Below are positions 10,475-20,532 of a DNA stretch of 64,000 bases, one piece after another. Both the position numbers and the translations under genes were made by a program. Positions within the stretch are counted from its first letter, which is position 1. Each line of letters opens with the position of its first letter. This DNA comes from Candidatus Woesearchaeota archaeon B3_Woes (GTDB lineage: Archaea > Nanobdellota > Nanobdellia > Woesearchaeales > B3-WOES), in the NCBI GenBank assembly GCA_005222965.1, contig NJBG01000001.1, forward strand, positions 613,533 to 677,532. The letters run 5' to 3'. The notes below the pieces were generated by a model that was not told the origin of the DNA, did no database searches, and saw nothing but the letters and a program-made list of their open reading frames with translations.

Positions 10475-10545
10475 TATTATCACCAAAATCAGAATTTCGT
10501 AGGGGTATTTAAAGTTTTTTATTATTCACTAGAATATCTTATATT

Positions 10546-11544
10546 CTATTTAACAATATTTATTGGTTTTTTACTAGAAAAAGATTTTATATTATCTATT
10601 GTTGTATCCAATATCCTCATTAAAGCCTCTCTGCTATTAAATGCATTATGTGGGGTAAACACAACATCCTCCATTCTAAATATCTTATGATTTCTTACAA
10701 TTGTTCTCCACTTATCGACATTCCCAGTCTCATGAAGCAATTGTTTTTCTTCTTTAATCAACTCTTCACCTTCAATAACATCTAAACCAGCGCCACCTAA
10801 TATTTTATTTTCTAAAGCAAATAATAAAGCATTTGTATCAATCAACCCCCCTCTGGATGTATTTATTAAAATAGCCCCTTTTTTCATCAACTTAATATTT
10901 TTTTTGTTTATCAAATGATGTGTATTTTTATTATATGGCACATGCAATGAAACAATATCAGATTTTTTCAACAATTCATTTAAACTAACATAATAAAAAC
11001 CAAGCTTCTTAGATAATTTTAAATCTTTATTCACATCATAAACCAGAACATTCATCTCAAAACCATTTGCAATCCTTATAACATGTATACCAATATGACC
11101 AGCACCAACAACCCCTATTGTTTTTCCTTTCAAATCAAAACCAGTCATACCTTCAATAGAAAAATCATCTTTCAATGTTCTAACATACAATTTATGTATG
11201 TACCTAGACAAAGCCAATATTAACCCAAAAGTATGCTCTGCTACAGTGTTTTCTCCATAAAATGGAACATTACATACTATTATCTTTCTTTTTTTACACT
11301 CTTTTACATCAACATGATCAAACCCAGTAGATCTTGTTGTAATTATCTTTAATTTAGGAAGTTTATTCAATATCTTTGAACCAATCTTAGAATAAATAAA
11401 AACAGAAATTGATTGACAATCTTCTATCTTGGATATATTTGAATTACCTAATGGTTCTTCAAAAAATTTTAAACTATGCTTACTTAATTTCCTCTTTAAA
11501 TACTTTTCTTCCCAGGGCTTTACCCCAAAAAACGCTATTTTCAT
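10546..11544 (-). CDS. D-2-hydroxyacid dehydrogenase (D-lactate dehydrogenase-like)
   Basis: RSTGFDH, VAEH, GVVGAGHIG, INTSRG, LDVIEGE, TPHNAF. Confidence 0.9.
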   Translation of the reverse strand: MKIAFFGVKPWEEKYLKRKLSKHSLKFFEEPLGNSNISKIEDCQSISVFIYSKIGSKILNKLPKLKIITTRSTGFDHVDVKECKKRKIIVCNVPFYGENTVAEHTFGLILALSRYIHKLYVRTLKDDFSIEGMTGFDLKGKTIGVVGAGHIGIHVIRIANGFEMNVLVYDVNKDLKLSKKLGFYYVSLNELLKKSDIVSLHVPYNKNTHHLINKKNIKLMKKGAILINTSRGGLIDTNALLFALENKILGGAGLDVIEGEELIKEEKQLLHETGNVDKWRTIVRNHKIFRMEDVVFTPHNAFNSREALMRILDTTIDNIKSFSSKKPINIVK

Positions 11545-11587
11545 AAATATAATCTATAATTTGAATTATATAAGTTTTATGTTTATT

Positions 11588-12724
11588 CTATAATAATAAA
11601 TTAAACAAATAACCCAAGATAAAAATTTGAGGTATAGTTATAACAGGTAACCATAAAGCAGTCTTTTTCCCAATATTACTCCAAATTAATCCAATCTCTG
11701 TATAATCTGTAGCAACACCAGCCATTAAGAATGTAAAGCTATTTCCAAAAGCACCAGTCTGATTAAATATCTCAAAAGCCAAGAAAGAGCTTCCTTCTGA
11801 ACAAACTTCAATAATAGTTGCAAAAATTAGAGTTATAGCTAATCCTATTAATGTTGGTCCCATAAACTTCATAAAGAATTCATGAGGAACATATGTTCTT
11901 ACAAAAGCAGCTAATATCATTCCAATAAGAATCCACCAAACAACCATTTTAGCCAAAGCCCATGAACCTTTTAATACTCCTGTGATATCTTTTGATGAAA
12001 ATTTATGATTTTCGAACCTTTTTTTCATATCCTTTTTTATTGAAAATTTTCCATCTGTTTTTACACTATTAGGATTTTTTTCTATCTTACCTTTTCTATC
12101 TAATAACTGATAAACAAATCCAGTTATTATACCAATAACTATTGCAGACACAACCAAATATAATGCCTTTAAACCAAAAAATCCAAAAAGCAAGACTGTT
12201 ATTGGCAGATTAGCCCATGGTGAAGCTAATAAAAAAGCAATTACAGAAGCAGTAGAAGCCCCTTTTTTATATAATTGAATAGCAATAGCAAGTATTCCAT
12301 GACTACACGCGCTCATTAAAAACCCAAAACCAACAGCATAAAAAATAGACCTTTTCTTATGAGTAGCCAAAAACTTTGATATATATTCTCTTGGAATTAA
12401 ATGATCAATTATTCCACCAACAAACAACCCAAGAAGGATTGCCCACCAAATCAATTTAAAATAATCTATAAATGAATCATATAATTTACTTAACGCAGGA
12501 ATTAAATAACTTATTAAAATCAAAGCAATTGTTATTAACCCAACAACATAAAGCCTTTCTTTATACCAGGGCTTATGCCCACCTTTAATATCACAACTCA
12601 AACAACGTTTTATCTTGTTTTGCTTTTCATACTTTTCAATACAGCGATGACTACAAAAATAATGGCCATGTGCTTTAATATGGCCTTTCATCCCACAAAT
12701 TGGATCTGTTTTATCTGGTTTCAT
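11588..12724 (-). CDS. ArsP/DUF318-type permease with N-terminal YHS/TRASH-like metal-binding domain
   Basis: DPICGM...YFCSHRC at the N-terminus; ACSHG, AFLLASP, VCSEG, FLMAG repeats; many TM helices. Confidence 0.85.
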   Translation of the reverse strand: MKPDKTDPICGMKGHIKAHGHYFCSHRCIEKYEKQNKIKRCLSCDIKGGHKPWYKERLYVVGLITIALILISYLIPALSKLYDSFIDYFKLIWWAILLGLFVGGIIDHLIPREYISKFLATHKKRSIFYAVGFGFLMSACSHGILAIAIQLYKKGASTASVIAFLLASPWANLPITVLLFGFFGLKALYLVVSAIVIGIITGFVYQLLDRKGKIEKNPNSVKTDGKFSIKKDMKKRFENHKFSSKDITGVLKGSWALAKMVVWWILIGMILAAFVRTYVPHEFFMKFMGPTLIGLAITLIFATIIEVCSEGSSFLAFEIFNQTGAFGNSFTFLMAGVATDYTEIGLIWSNIGKKTALWLPVITIPQIFILGYLFNLLL

Positions 12725-12731
12725 CTTATAT

Positions 12732-13016
12732 TTATTTGAAATGTTTAAAAGCATCCTTTAATATACACCAACAAAATTTATCTGATAAATGAAAATATTT
12801 TTCTCTCCCTTTTTTTTCATAAACGACAATTCCCAAAAGAGAAAGATGTTTTAATTGATGTGAAATAGCAGACAAAGTTAGTTTTTTATCCCCTACACTT
12901 TTATGAATCTCTCCTACTGTTTTATCTTTTTCCATCAAAATTCCTAATATCTTAAGTCTTGTCTCATCAGACAACGCTGAAAAAAAATCTACTACTTTTC
13001 TATTAATTTGTTGCAT
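12732..13016 (-). CDS. ArsR/SmtB family regulator
   Basis: FSALSDETRLKIL...SAISHQLKHL...GREKYF. Confidence 0.9.
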   Translation of the reverse strand: MQQINRKVVDFFSALSDETRLKILGILMEKDKTVGEIHKSVGDKKLTLSAISHQLKHLSLLGIVVYEKKGREKYFHLSDKFCWCILKDAFKHFK

Positions 13017-13020
13017 ATTA

Positions 13021-13042
13021 TAATTGAATACATGCTCAACTA
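13021..13042. promoter_or_regulatory. Putative ArsR/SmtB operator
   Basis: Imperfect palindrome TAATTGAATACATGCTCAACTA between the TTTAAA box (13043-13048) and the arsR start. Confidence 0.5.
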
Positions 13043-13101
13043 TTTAAATGTTCCTGTTTTATATAGAAAGGCTTATAAAATTCTAAAACATTAAAAATAA
13101 A

Positions 13102-13680
13102 ATGACTAAAAAATATATAATACCAATAGAGATATCAAGCAAACATATCCATCTTTCTCAAAAACATTTAAACAAACTATTTGGAAAAGGATACGAACTA
13201 ACAGAATTAAGATATCTTAGTCAGCCAGGAGAATTTGTTGCAAAAGAAACAGTAGAACTAATAAATGAGAAAAACAAAATAATCCTAAAAATTGTTGGTC
13301 CTGTGAGGAAAAAGACACAAGTTGAACTATCTTTTACAGATATGATCAAACTTGGATTAAGAGATTTACAACTAAGACACTCAGGAGATATTATAAAATC
13401 TCCAGAATTAAAAATTAAAGGACTAAAAGAAACAATTAAAATAAAAGAAGGAGTAATGATTGCAAGAAGACATTTGCATTGTACTCCAGAAGACGCAAAA
13501 GAATTAGGCATTAAAGATAAAGAAGAAGTTAGTATTTCTATAAAAGGAGAAAGACCAGCCATATTCAAAGATATAAGTGTAAGGGTTTCTCCTAAATATA
13601 AATTAGCAGTTCACCTAGATAGAGATGAAGGAAACGCGGTTTGGATAGATTCAGTAGGAGAAGGAAGATTAGTGAAATAA
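13102..13680 (+). CDS. pduL: Phosphate propanoyl/acetyl-transferase PduL
   Basis: SKHIHLS, LSQPGEF, GPVRKKTQVELS, ARRHLH, VHLDRDEGNA. Confidence 0.9.
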   Translation: MTKKYIIPIEISSKHIHLSQKHLNKLFGKGYELTELRYLSQPGEFVAKETVELINEKNKIILKIVGPVRKKTQVELSFTDMIKLGLRDLQLRHSGDIIKSPELKIKGLKETIKIKEGVMIARRHLHCTPEDAKELGIKDKEEVSISIKGERPAIFKDISVRVSPKYKLAVHLDRDEGNAVWIDSVGEGRLVK

Positions 13681-13740
13681 AACATACACTAATATGACTA
13701 CAGAATAGATATCTATGATGGGAGAAAAAGGGTCAGAGTA

Positions 13741-14004
13741 ATGCTTGATGCTAATGAGGATGGAATTCTAGGGCATCATAAAAACGATAGATATTTTGTC
13801 TATGTACCAGAAGGAAGAGGACTTAGAACATATGCTGAGGAGTTTGTGATTGATGAATATAGTAAGAAATTTGAAAAATCAGATAAAAAAAATCCTATTG
13901 CAACAAGAGCCATCGAAGCTGGAAAAAAACAATTAGCAGAAGGAACACAACTCTTTCAATCAGTAGTAGAAAAGCTGAGTGTGGATTTAGAAGGAAGATT
14001 ATAA
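13741..14004 (+). CDS. Short hypothetical protein, possibly a 5'-truncated remnant
   Basis: 87-aa ORF; the frame stays open upstream to a TAA at 13690 without an earlier start. Confidence 0.4.
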   Translation: MLDANEDGILGHHKNDRYFVYVPEGRGLRTYAEEFVIDEYSKKFEKSDKKNPIATRAIEAGKKQLAEGTQLFQSVVEKLSVDLEGRL

Positions 14005-14081
14005 TAATTTCTTTTTTTAATTATTTTTATATAAACTAAATTACAGAAAGGTTTAAAAAAAGCTTAGATTATTCTTTATGT

Positions 14082-15242
14082 ATGATTAAAAATAAATTTG
14101 ATAGTATTGTCATACATTATGATGAAATAGGATTAAAAGGAAAAAATAGAGGCCATTTTGAAAGACTTCTAATTAATAATATTAAGAAAAAAACAGGAAA
14201 ACTTGTAAAATCAATCAAAAGAGAAGTTGGACAAATCACTTTAACAATTGATGGGGAAAATTATTCAAAACTAAAAGATATTCTTTCAAAAATTCCAGGT
14301 ATTGCTTATTTTTCTTTTGCAAAAAAAGCAAGTTTAGATTTTAAAAAACTAAAAAAAGAAGTTATTGATTTCCTGAAAGAAACAACTTTCTCAACATTTA
14401 AGGTAGACACACACCGCCACGATAAACAATACAAACTAAACTCTATGAAAATAAACGAATTACTAGGAGAAGCAATAATAAATGCTTATAATAAAAAAGT
14501 AAAACTAACAAATCCAGATTTAATATTAAAAATAGAAATTTCACATAAAACAACATATATTTCTTATGAATCTATTGAAGGGGTTGGTGGACTTCCAACA
14601 AATCCAAATCAAAAAGTTGTTGCATTATTATCAGGAGGGTTTGATAGCCCAGTTGCATCATATCTTATGATGAAAAGGGGTTGCCAAGTAATCTTAGTTC
14701 ATTTTCAAAACAAAAACCAAGCAACTTCTGCAGTTGAAAATAAAATAATTGAATTATCCAAACAACTATCCAAATTTCAAACAAAAACACTACTTTACAT
14801 AATTCCTTTTGAAAAACTTCAAAAAGAAATTATTAAAAAAACAAAAGCAGAAACAAGAATGGTCATTTATAGAAGATTTATGTTAAGGATAGCATCTAAA
14901 ATAGCAGAAGCAAACAAAGCCAAATTTTTAGTTGTTGGAGATAGCTTATCACAAGTAGCTTCACAAACAATAGAAAACCTAAATGCAACATATCATGCAT
15001 CAAATAAAAACATATTTTCACCATTAATTGGACTGAATAAAAGGGAGATAATAGATATCGCCAAGAAAATTGAAACATATAATATCTCAGCACAACCCTA
15101 TCCAGATTGCTGCACTTATTTCCTACCAAAACACCCTATACTTAAATCAGATATAAACACTTTAAAAAAAATCGAATCCGGATTTGATATCAAAACATTA
15201 GTAGAGAATGCTATTAAGAATGAAGAAATAAAAAAATTCTGA
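14082..15242 (+). CDS. thiI: tRNA 4-thiouridine synthase ThiI (no rhodanese domain)
   Basis: EIGLKGKNR, THUMP domain, GVGGLP, LLSGGFDSPVA PP-loop, QVASQT, DCC. Confidence 0.93.
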   Translation: MIKNKFDSIVIHYDEIGLKGKNRGHFERLLINNIKKKTGKLVKSIKREVGQITLTIDGENYSKLKDILSKIPGIAYFSFAKKASLDFKKLKKEVIDFLKETTFSTFKVDTHRHDKQYKLNSMKINELLGEAIINAYNKKVKLTNPDLILKIEISHKTTYISYESIEGVGGLPTNPNQKVVALLSGGFDSPVASYLMMKRGCQVILVHFQNKNQATSAVENKIIELSKQLSKFQTKTLLYIIPFEKLQKEIIKKTKAETRMVIYRRFMLRIASKIAEANKAKFLVVGDSLSQVASQTIENLNATYHASNKNIFSPLIGLNKREIIDIAKKIETYNISAQPYPDCCTYFLPKHPILKSDINTLKKIESGFDIKTLVENAIKNEEIKKF

Positions 15243-15289
15243 ATTATTTCTTGGTTTTATGTTTAAATAAACCCCCCCCAATAATTATA

Positions 15290-15622
15290 TTATTTCTTTT
15301 TATGTTTGACTAACCAATTATGAGTCAACCAAAAAATTACTGAAAATATAAATACAGCCACTGCGAAATAAAATAATTTATAAAAACCCCAACTAAACAT
15401 TCCAGTACTTGCCATTCCACATACCATATTCCCTCCTCCTATTTTATTTTTAAATGAAGAATGGTCCATCATTCCACAACCATCTTTCATCATTTCTCCC
15501 ATATGCTGGTCATAAGAATTCCCAGTCTCTGTTGTTCCTTCAAACATCCCTTCTCCATGAGCTAAAACCAAACTTAAACTCAACAAAAGAAGAGCAACTA
15601 AACTAAATATTGTTTTTTTCAT
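15290..15622 (-). CDS. Small membrane protein with signal peptide and His/Met-rich segment
   Basis: GAGGTGG RBS; MKKTIFSLVALLLL signal peptide; HMGEMMKDGCGMMDH; C-terminal TM helix. Confidence 0.7.
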   Translation of the reverse strand: MKKTIFSLVALLLLSLSLVLAHGEGMFEGTTETGNSYDQHMGEMMKDGCGMMDHSSFKNKIGGGNMVCGMASTGMFSWGFYKLFYFAVAVFIFSVIFWLTHNWLVKHKKK

Positions 15623-15685
15623 ATTACCACCTCTTATTTTTCTTTGTTTAAATAACTTATAATTTCCTAAATGATACAACAAACA

Positions 15686-16888
15686 CTATAAATTTAATAT
15701 TTTTTTAACCTCATCTATGAATGTTCTAACTTCTTCTTCAGTATTGTATAAATATAAAGATGCTCTTACGCTCCCTTTCATATTATGTTTATTAAACCAA
15801 CTATGTACACAATGTGCTCCACTTCTTGTCATTATATTCTTTGATTTATCTAACATCCTTGAAATATGGTGCATATCCTTTCCTTTTATATTAAAAGAGA
15901 AGATTCCAGACCTTTTTTCAGCTTCTTTTGGTCCAATTAATTCTATCTTTTCATTATCTCCTAACTCTTCTGTAATCATTTTATTCAATTTTGTTTCATG
16001 CTCTGCTATTTTTTTTAATCCAATCTTTTTAAGATACCTACAAGCTTCTCCTAATCCAATTATTCCAGCATAATCCTGTAAACCTGCCTCAAATCTCATT
16101 GGGAGTTCTTCTTTTTTATAATCCTGATATGTTGAATCAGTTACTGTTTCCCCTCCAACAATAAACTGATCTAATTTTTCTAATAATTCTTTTTTCCCAT
16201 ACAAAACACCGGTTCCTGTAGGCCCAAGCATTTTGTGTCCTGAAAAAGCCATAAAATCAACATCGAGTTTTCTTACATCTAATTCTTTATGTGGCGCACT
16301 TTGTGCAGCATCCACTAACAATAAAGCATTATTCTGATGTGTTATTTGAGCAATCTCTTTTATAGGATTTTCAACACCATCTAAATTAGAAACATGAACA
16401 ACAGATACTAATTTAGTATTTGAAGTAAAACGATTTTTAAAGTTTTCAAGATTAAATGTATTATCTTCATTACTGTCTACTACTACAATTTTTATTCCCT
16501 TTTCCTGTAACTTTAACCAGGGAAGCAAATTTGAATTATGTTCTTTGTCACTAATAATTACTTCATCTCCTTGTTTTAATCCAAAAGAATTTGCTACTAA
16601 ATTCAACCCTTCTGTGGTGTTCCTTGTAAAAATTATTTCTGAATCATATTTAGCATTAATAAAATTCTTTACTTCATTCCGTGATTTAGCCACTTCTTCT
16701 TCAACTCTACTAGCCAGTTTATGAGAACTTCTTCCAGCACAACCAGGATATTCATTATAATACTCATTAATTTTAGATATCACTTGCTTTGGTTTTAGAG
16801 ACATACACGCACTATCAAAATAAATTATTGATTTAGACAAAACTGGAAAATCTTCTCTAATTTTTTCAACATCATATTTGAAAATCAT
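15686..16888 (-). CDS. Cysteine desulfurase, SufS/class II type
   Basis: IREDFPVL, YFDSA, EHNSN, FSGHKMLGPTG, RSGAHC. Confidence 0.92.
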   Translation of the reverse strand: MIFKYDVEKIREDFPVLSKSIIYFDSACMSLKPKQVISKINEYYNEYPGCAGRSSHKLASRVEEEVAKSRNEVKNFINAKYDSEIIFTRNTTEGLNLVANSFGLKQGDEVIISDKEHNSNLLPWLKLQEKGIKIVVVDSNEDNTFNLENFKNRFTSNTKLVSVVHVSNLDGVENPIKEIAQITHQNNALLLVDAAQSAPHKELDVRKLDVDFMAFSGHKMLGPTGTGVLYGKKELLEKLDQFIVGGETVTDSTYQDYKKEELPMRFEAGLQDYAGIIGLGEACRYLKKIGLKKIAEHETKLNKMITEELGDNEKIELIGPKEAEKRSGIFSFNIKGKDMHHISRMLDKSKNIMTRSGAHCVHSWFNKHNMKGSVRASLYLYNTEEEVRTFIDEVKKILNL

Positions 16889-17802
16889 TTTAACTCTTTA
16901 TTTATTATTTTTTTAAAGGTTTTAAATGGTTTTGGACCAACAATCTTTTGTTCATTTATGAAAAAAGTTGGAGTTCCAACCACACCAGCATGTAAACCCA
17001 TTAGAGAATCACTATCAATCTCTTGTTTATACCTATCATCATAAACACACTCTTTAAATTGTTCTACCTCTAATTTAAGATTCGTTGCAATTGAAAAAAA
17101 CGAATAATCATTTTTTATACTATCTTGTAAATCAAACAAAGCATTATGATATTCTACATATTTATCCTGTTCTTGAGCACAATTTACAGCCAAAGCAGCC
17201 CTATAACTTAAATTATGATGGGGTATGTAAAATGTTTTGAATTGAAAATTAACTCTACCCATATAATAATCAATAACTTCTTGAACTATTGGTTCTGCTT
17301 TTTTTGTATAAGGGCACATATAACATCCAAACTCTATTATAGTCAATTCTGCCATTTCTTCTCCTATTATAGGATCATCATCCTCAAGAGATGGATAAAC
17401 TATTTCTGATTGAATTGTTATATCACCTTCTGATATCTTGCTGTTTTCACCAGTAAGGTCAAATATACAAAAATCAGTTGATTCTGGCCCATTACAATTC
17501 CCATAATTTACGTAATTATACAACCCACTTATACTTACATAAAAACTCCATAAAAATATAATTAAAACAATCCAAGATAAAATTTTATAATGTTTATAGA
17601 CAAATTTTGCTGTTTTCGGAGAGTATCTAAGTACAGTTCCAGTAACATCAGATTTTATTTTATCATCTAGACCAGATCTACATTTTCTTAATGTTACAGT
17701 CCTAAACAAACAATCTAATGCATCTTTAGTTAATTTTCTATACTTAACACTAAATATACCAAGTACCGCAAAAATTGGTAATGCTACTAAACATAAAACC
17801 AT
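16885..17802 (-). CDS. Membrane-anchored DsbA/thioredoxin-fold protein
   Basis: DDDPIIG, EFGCYMCPYT, GVVGTPTFFIN; N-terminal TM region. Confidence 0.85.
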   Translation of the reverse strand: MVLCLVALPIFAVLGIFSVKYRKLTKDALDCLFRTVTLRKCRSGLDDKIKSDVTGTVLRYSPKTAKFVYKHYKILSWIVLIIFLWSFYVSISGLYNYVNYGNCNGPESTDFCIFDLTGENSKISEGDITIQSEIVYPSLEDDDPIIGEEMAELTIIEFGCYMCPYTKKAEPIVQEVIDYYMGRVNFQFKTFYIPHHNLSYRAALAVNCAQEQDKYVEYHNALFDLQDSIKNDYSFFSIATNLKLEVEQFKECVYDDRYKQEIDSDSLMGLHAGVVGTPTFFINEQKIVGPKPFKTFKKIINKELK

Positions 17803-17847
17803 TTTTATTCATATTAGGTAATATTGAAACCCTTTTTAAAGATAACT

Positions 17848-17863
17848 GTGAAACTAGTTTCAC
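17848..17863. promoter_or_regulatory. Perfect 16-bp palindrome upstream of the dsbA-like promoter
   Basis: GTGAAACTAGTTTCAC, next to a TATA-like element at 17833-17840 (- strand). Confidence 0.55.
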
Positions 17864-18345
17864 TTAAGAACTATAATATTAGTCATGCCTCTTCTCTTTC
17901 TTTCAAGAACTTTTTTGTTTTCCATCTTGTCAAGAAGCCTGGTTACATTTACTTTTGATAATCCTGTTTCTTTAATAATATCGCTTTGATACATTGAACC
18001 TTCTTTTCCTTTTATCATATTATATATATTCTTTTCTTCTTTATTCAATTTTGAAAGATTAACCTTTTTAAATTTAGAATCACTAGCTTCTGTTTTATTA
18101 AATACCAAATAAAATCCAACCACAAGAATAACAAAAGCTATACCAAACGCCCCAACAATCAACCACGAAGTATTGTTCTTATGCACAGGACATTCTTTCA
18201 TATCCATGTCAGGAGTTTCAGAAACCAATTCACAAAGAAGAACTCCTCTTCTATCTATATCTATTTTTACAAATATAAGTACAACCATAAGAATTATAGA
18301 AAAACCAACTAAAGACCATCCAATATTCTTTTGATTGAACTCCAT
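17860..18345 (-). CDS. Membrane-bound winged-HTH regulator (2 TM plus MarR-like HTH)
   Basis: Two TM helices with a C...CPVH loop; YQSDIIKETGLSKVNVTRLLDKME...RRGMTNII. Confidence 0.8.
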   Translation of the reverse strand: MEFNQKNIGWSLVGFSIILMVVLIFVKIDIDRRGVLLCELVSETPDMDMKECPVHKNNTSWLIVGAFGIAFVILVVGFYLVFNKTEASDSKFKKVNLSKLNKEEKNIYNMIKGKEGSMYQSDIIKETGLSKVNVTRLLDKMENKKVLERKRRGMTNIIVLK

Positions 18346-18399
18346 TTTCTTCAAAATATCATAATTTTTTTAATATTTAAATACTTCGTTTCTATATAT

Positions 18400-18717
18400 T
18401 TAATTCGTCAACAATAACAATATTGCTAAATCTTCTTCTGCTTTTAAGGAATGAGGAGCATCCTTTGGCATAAAGATAAATATGTTTGGCTTCATTTCTA
18501 TTTCTTTATCAAATAATTTAAATATACCTTTTCCCTTAATAACTTGTACAACCCCATTTTTTGTTGAAGTATGCTCATCTATATTAGTTCCTTTTGAAAG
18601 ACACATTAAAGTATAATTATAACTATCTGATTTAGCTAAAACTTTACTAAAAATTCCCTCTTTTGGAAACCCCATAACTTCATTTAAATTTTTAAAAAAC
18701 CCTTTATCTTCTTCCAT
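18400..18717 (-). CDS. Cupin domain protein
   Basis: EHTS...QVIKGKG...FMPKDAPHSL. Confidence 0.85.
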   Translation of the reverse strand: MEEDKGFFKNLNEVMGFPKEGIFSKVLAKSDSYNYTLMCLSKGTNIDEHTSTKNGVVQVIKGKGIFKLFDKEIEMKPNIFIFMPKDAPHSLKAEEDLAILLLLTN

Positions 18718-18840
18718 TTATACCTCTTCTATTTTTATTGCATCAACAGGACAGATTTCTTTAGCTTCCTTATTACATCCAAGTTCTTCAACTTCTTTTT
18801 TTAGAATATTATAAATCCTATCAATATCAACTTTTTTCAT
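18718..18840 (-). pseudogene. Truncated or chimeric ferredoxin remnant (40 aa)
   Basis: MKKVDIDRIYNILKKEVEELGCNKEAKEICPVDAIKIEEV; the C-terminus matches monocluster ferredoxin CPVxAI but CxxCxxC is absent. Confidence 0.65.
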
Positions 18841-18864
18841 CTTTAAATCTAGAATGCTTATTCT

Positions 18865-19251
18865 CTATTTACTTACCCATACTCCATGAAGATTACAAAA
18901 TATTCTTGCTTTTAATCCATCTGTTTCAACTATACAACAAAAATCTGCTTCAGGTTTATCACCGGGTTTAAGTCTTTTCCCTATAATCACTTCACCATAT
19001 TTAATTAATTGAACAAGGCCGATATAATGCCCATCTTCCATTGGATGAGGCACTGAACCAATCTTTACTTTTATGCCTTTATCTGTTTTTTCTATTACAG
19101 GAACATGTTTTTCCTGTCCTTCATCATTCGTTTTTTCTTCTAATAATATCATTTCCTGACCACAACACACAATAGCAGGATCTTTTGCTTCAATAACAGA
19201 AACAACATTTCCACACAACTCACATTTATAAATTCCATTTGCTTTTACCAT
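18865..19251 (-). CDS. dfx: Desulfoferrodoxin (2Fe superoxide reductase)
   Basis: YKCELCGN...CCG, EKHVP, HPM, CNLHGVW. Confidence 0.95.
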   Translation of the reverse strand: MVKANGIYKCELCGNVVSVIEAKDPAIVCCGQEMILLEEKTNDEGQEKHVPVIEKTDKGIKVKIGSVPHPMEDGHYIGLVQLIKYGEVIIGKRLKPGDKPEADFCCIVETDGLKARIFCNLHGVWVSK

Positions 19252-19263
19252 ATTTATCACCTT

Positions 19264-20169
19264 TTAATCTTTCTTTTTAGCCAAATATCTTGCAGCCTTA
19301 ATTAGTGCCATACATCCCTGACCAGCAGCAATTACATACTGGTATTCATGGCCAGATGCACAATCTCCTGCTGCAAATATTCCAGGAACATTAGTGTTTG
19401 TCTGACAATCTATAGATATATGATTGTGTTCATCTAATTTAATAACATCTTCAAAATTTTCAGTATTTGGTATCCTTCCAATTTCTATAATAACTCCTTG
19501 AACATCTATTGTTTTTTCTTCACCATCTTGCTCATACTTAACTCCTGAAACAAAATTGTCACCTAAAATCTCTTTTGTTTCAACATTGAACAAAATTTCA
19601 ACCTTAGAATTCTCTTTTACTCTTTCCTGAAGATATTCATGAGCTGTAAATTTATCTCCTCTAACTAAAAGATAAATTTTTGACACAATCTCTTTTAAAA
19701 AATCTACTGCTTCAAGCGCAGCATCCCCCCCGCCAATAATAACAACATCTTTTCCTGAAAACAAAGGACCATCACAAATAGAGCAATAAGTAACCCCTTT
19801 CTTAGCAAACTCTTCTTCTCCAGGAACACCAATTTTCCTAGGCCTAGCACCAGTTGCTATAATCACTGTTCTAGTTTCATACTCTTTTTTATCAGTTATA
19901 ACCTTGAAATTTGAACCTAATTTTTCTATTTTCTTTACCGACTCTTTTATAATATTAACATTATTAAATTTCATCTGTTCTTCCATTACAGAACTAAACC
20001 CTACACCAGTTGTTTTAACTATTCCAGGATAATTCAATATTTCTCCACTTACCATAAACTGACCGCCAATATCAGAAGAAATAATCTCAAACTTCATCCT
20101 TTTTCTTGAAGCATAAATTGCTGAACTTAATCCAGCAATCCCTGCTCCAATTATTATTGAGTCATACAT
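19264..20169 (-). CDS. trxB: Thioredoxin reductase
   Basis: IIGAGIAG, IATGA, YCSICDG, GGGDAA, FAAGD. Confidence 0.92.
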   Translation of the reverse strand: MYDSIIIGAGIAGLSSAIYASRKRMKFEIISSDIGGQFMVSGEILNYPGIVKTTGVGFSSVMEEQMKFNNVNIIKESVKKIEKLGSNFKVITDKKEYETRTVIIATGARPRKIGVPGEEEFAKKGVTYCSICDGPLFSGKDVVIIGGGDAALEAVDFLKEIVSKIYLLVRGDKFTAHEYLQERVKENSKVEILFNVETKEILGDNFVSGVKYEQDGEEKTIDVQGVIIEIGRIPNTENFEDVIKLDEHNHISIDCQTNTNVPGIFAAGDCASGHEYQYVIAAGQGCMALIKAARYLAKKKD

Positions 20170-20170
20170 A

Positions 20171-20410
20171 TTATTTTGCCAATTCTGCTTCTATTGCTTC
20201 TTTGTCAAAACCCACAATCACTTTTCCATTAATCTCTATTTGTGGAACACCCATCTGTCCGGATTTTTCCATCATCTCTTTTGCAGCTTCATGATCGACA
20301 GATACATCTATATCTTCATACTCAACTTTCTTCTCGTCTAAAAATTCTTTTATCTTCACGCACCATGGACATGTTGGTGTTGAATAAACTTTTATTTTTG
20401 TCATTTTCAT
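20171..20410 (-). CDS. Glutaredoxin/NrdH-like redoxin
   Basis: YSTPTCPWC, SGQMGVP, VGFD. Confidence 0.92.
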   Translation of the reverse strand: MKMTKIKVYSTPTCPWCVKIKEFLDEKKVEYEDIDVSVDHEAAKEMMEKSGQMGVPQIEINGKVIVGFDKEAIEAELAK

Positions 20411-20419
20411 TACCCCTAA

Positions 20420-20521
20420 TCAATCTTTGATTTCCATTTCACATTTGCATGAATCTTCATCACATTTGCATACATTGCATACTTTTTTACTACCAAAATC
20501 AAAACATTCTTCTTTTTTCAT
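20420..20521 (-). CDS. Cys-rich 33-aa peptide (metallothionein-like), absent from the ORF track
   Basis: MKKEECFDFGSKKVCNVCKCDEDSCKCEMEIKD; GAGGT RBS; fills the gap between rubrerythrin and glutaredoxin on the same strand. Confidence 0.7.
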   Translation of the reverse strand: MKKEECFDFGSKKVCNVCKCDEDSCKCEMEIKD

Positions 20522-20532
20522 TTTTAAACCTC

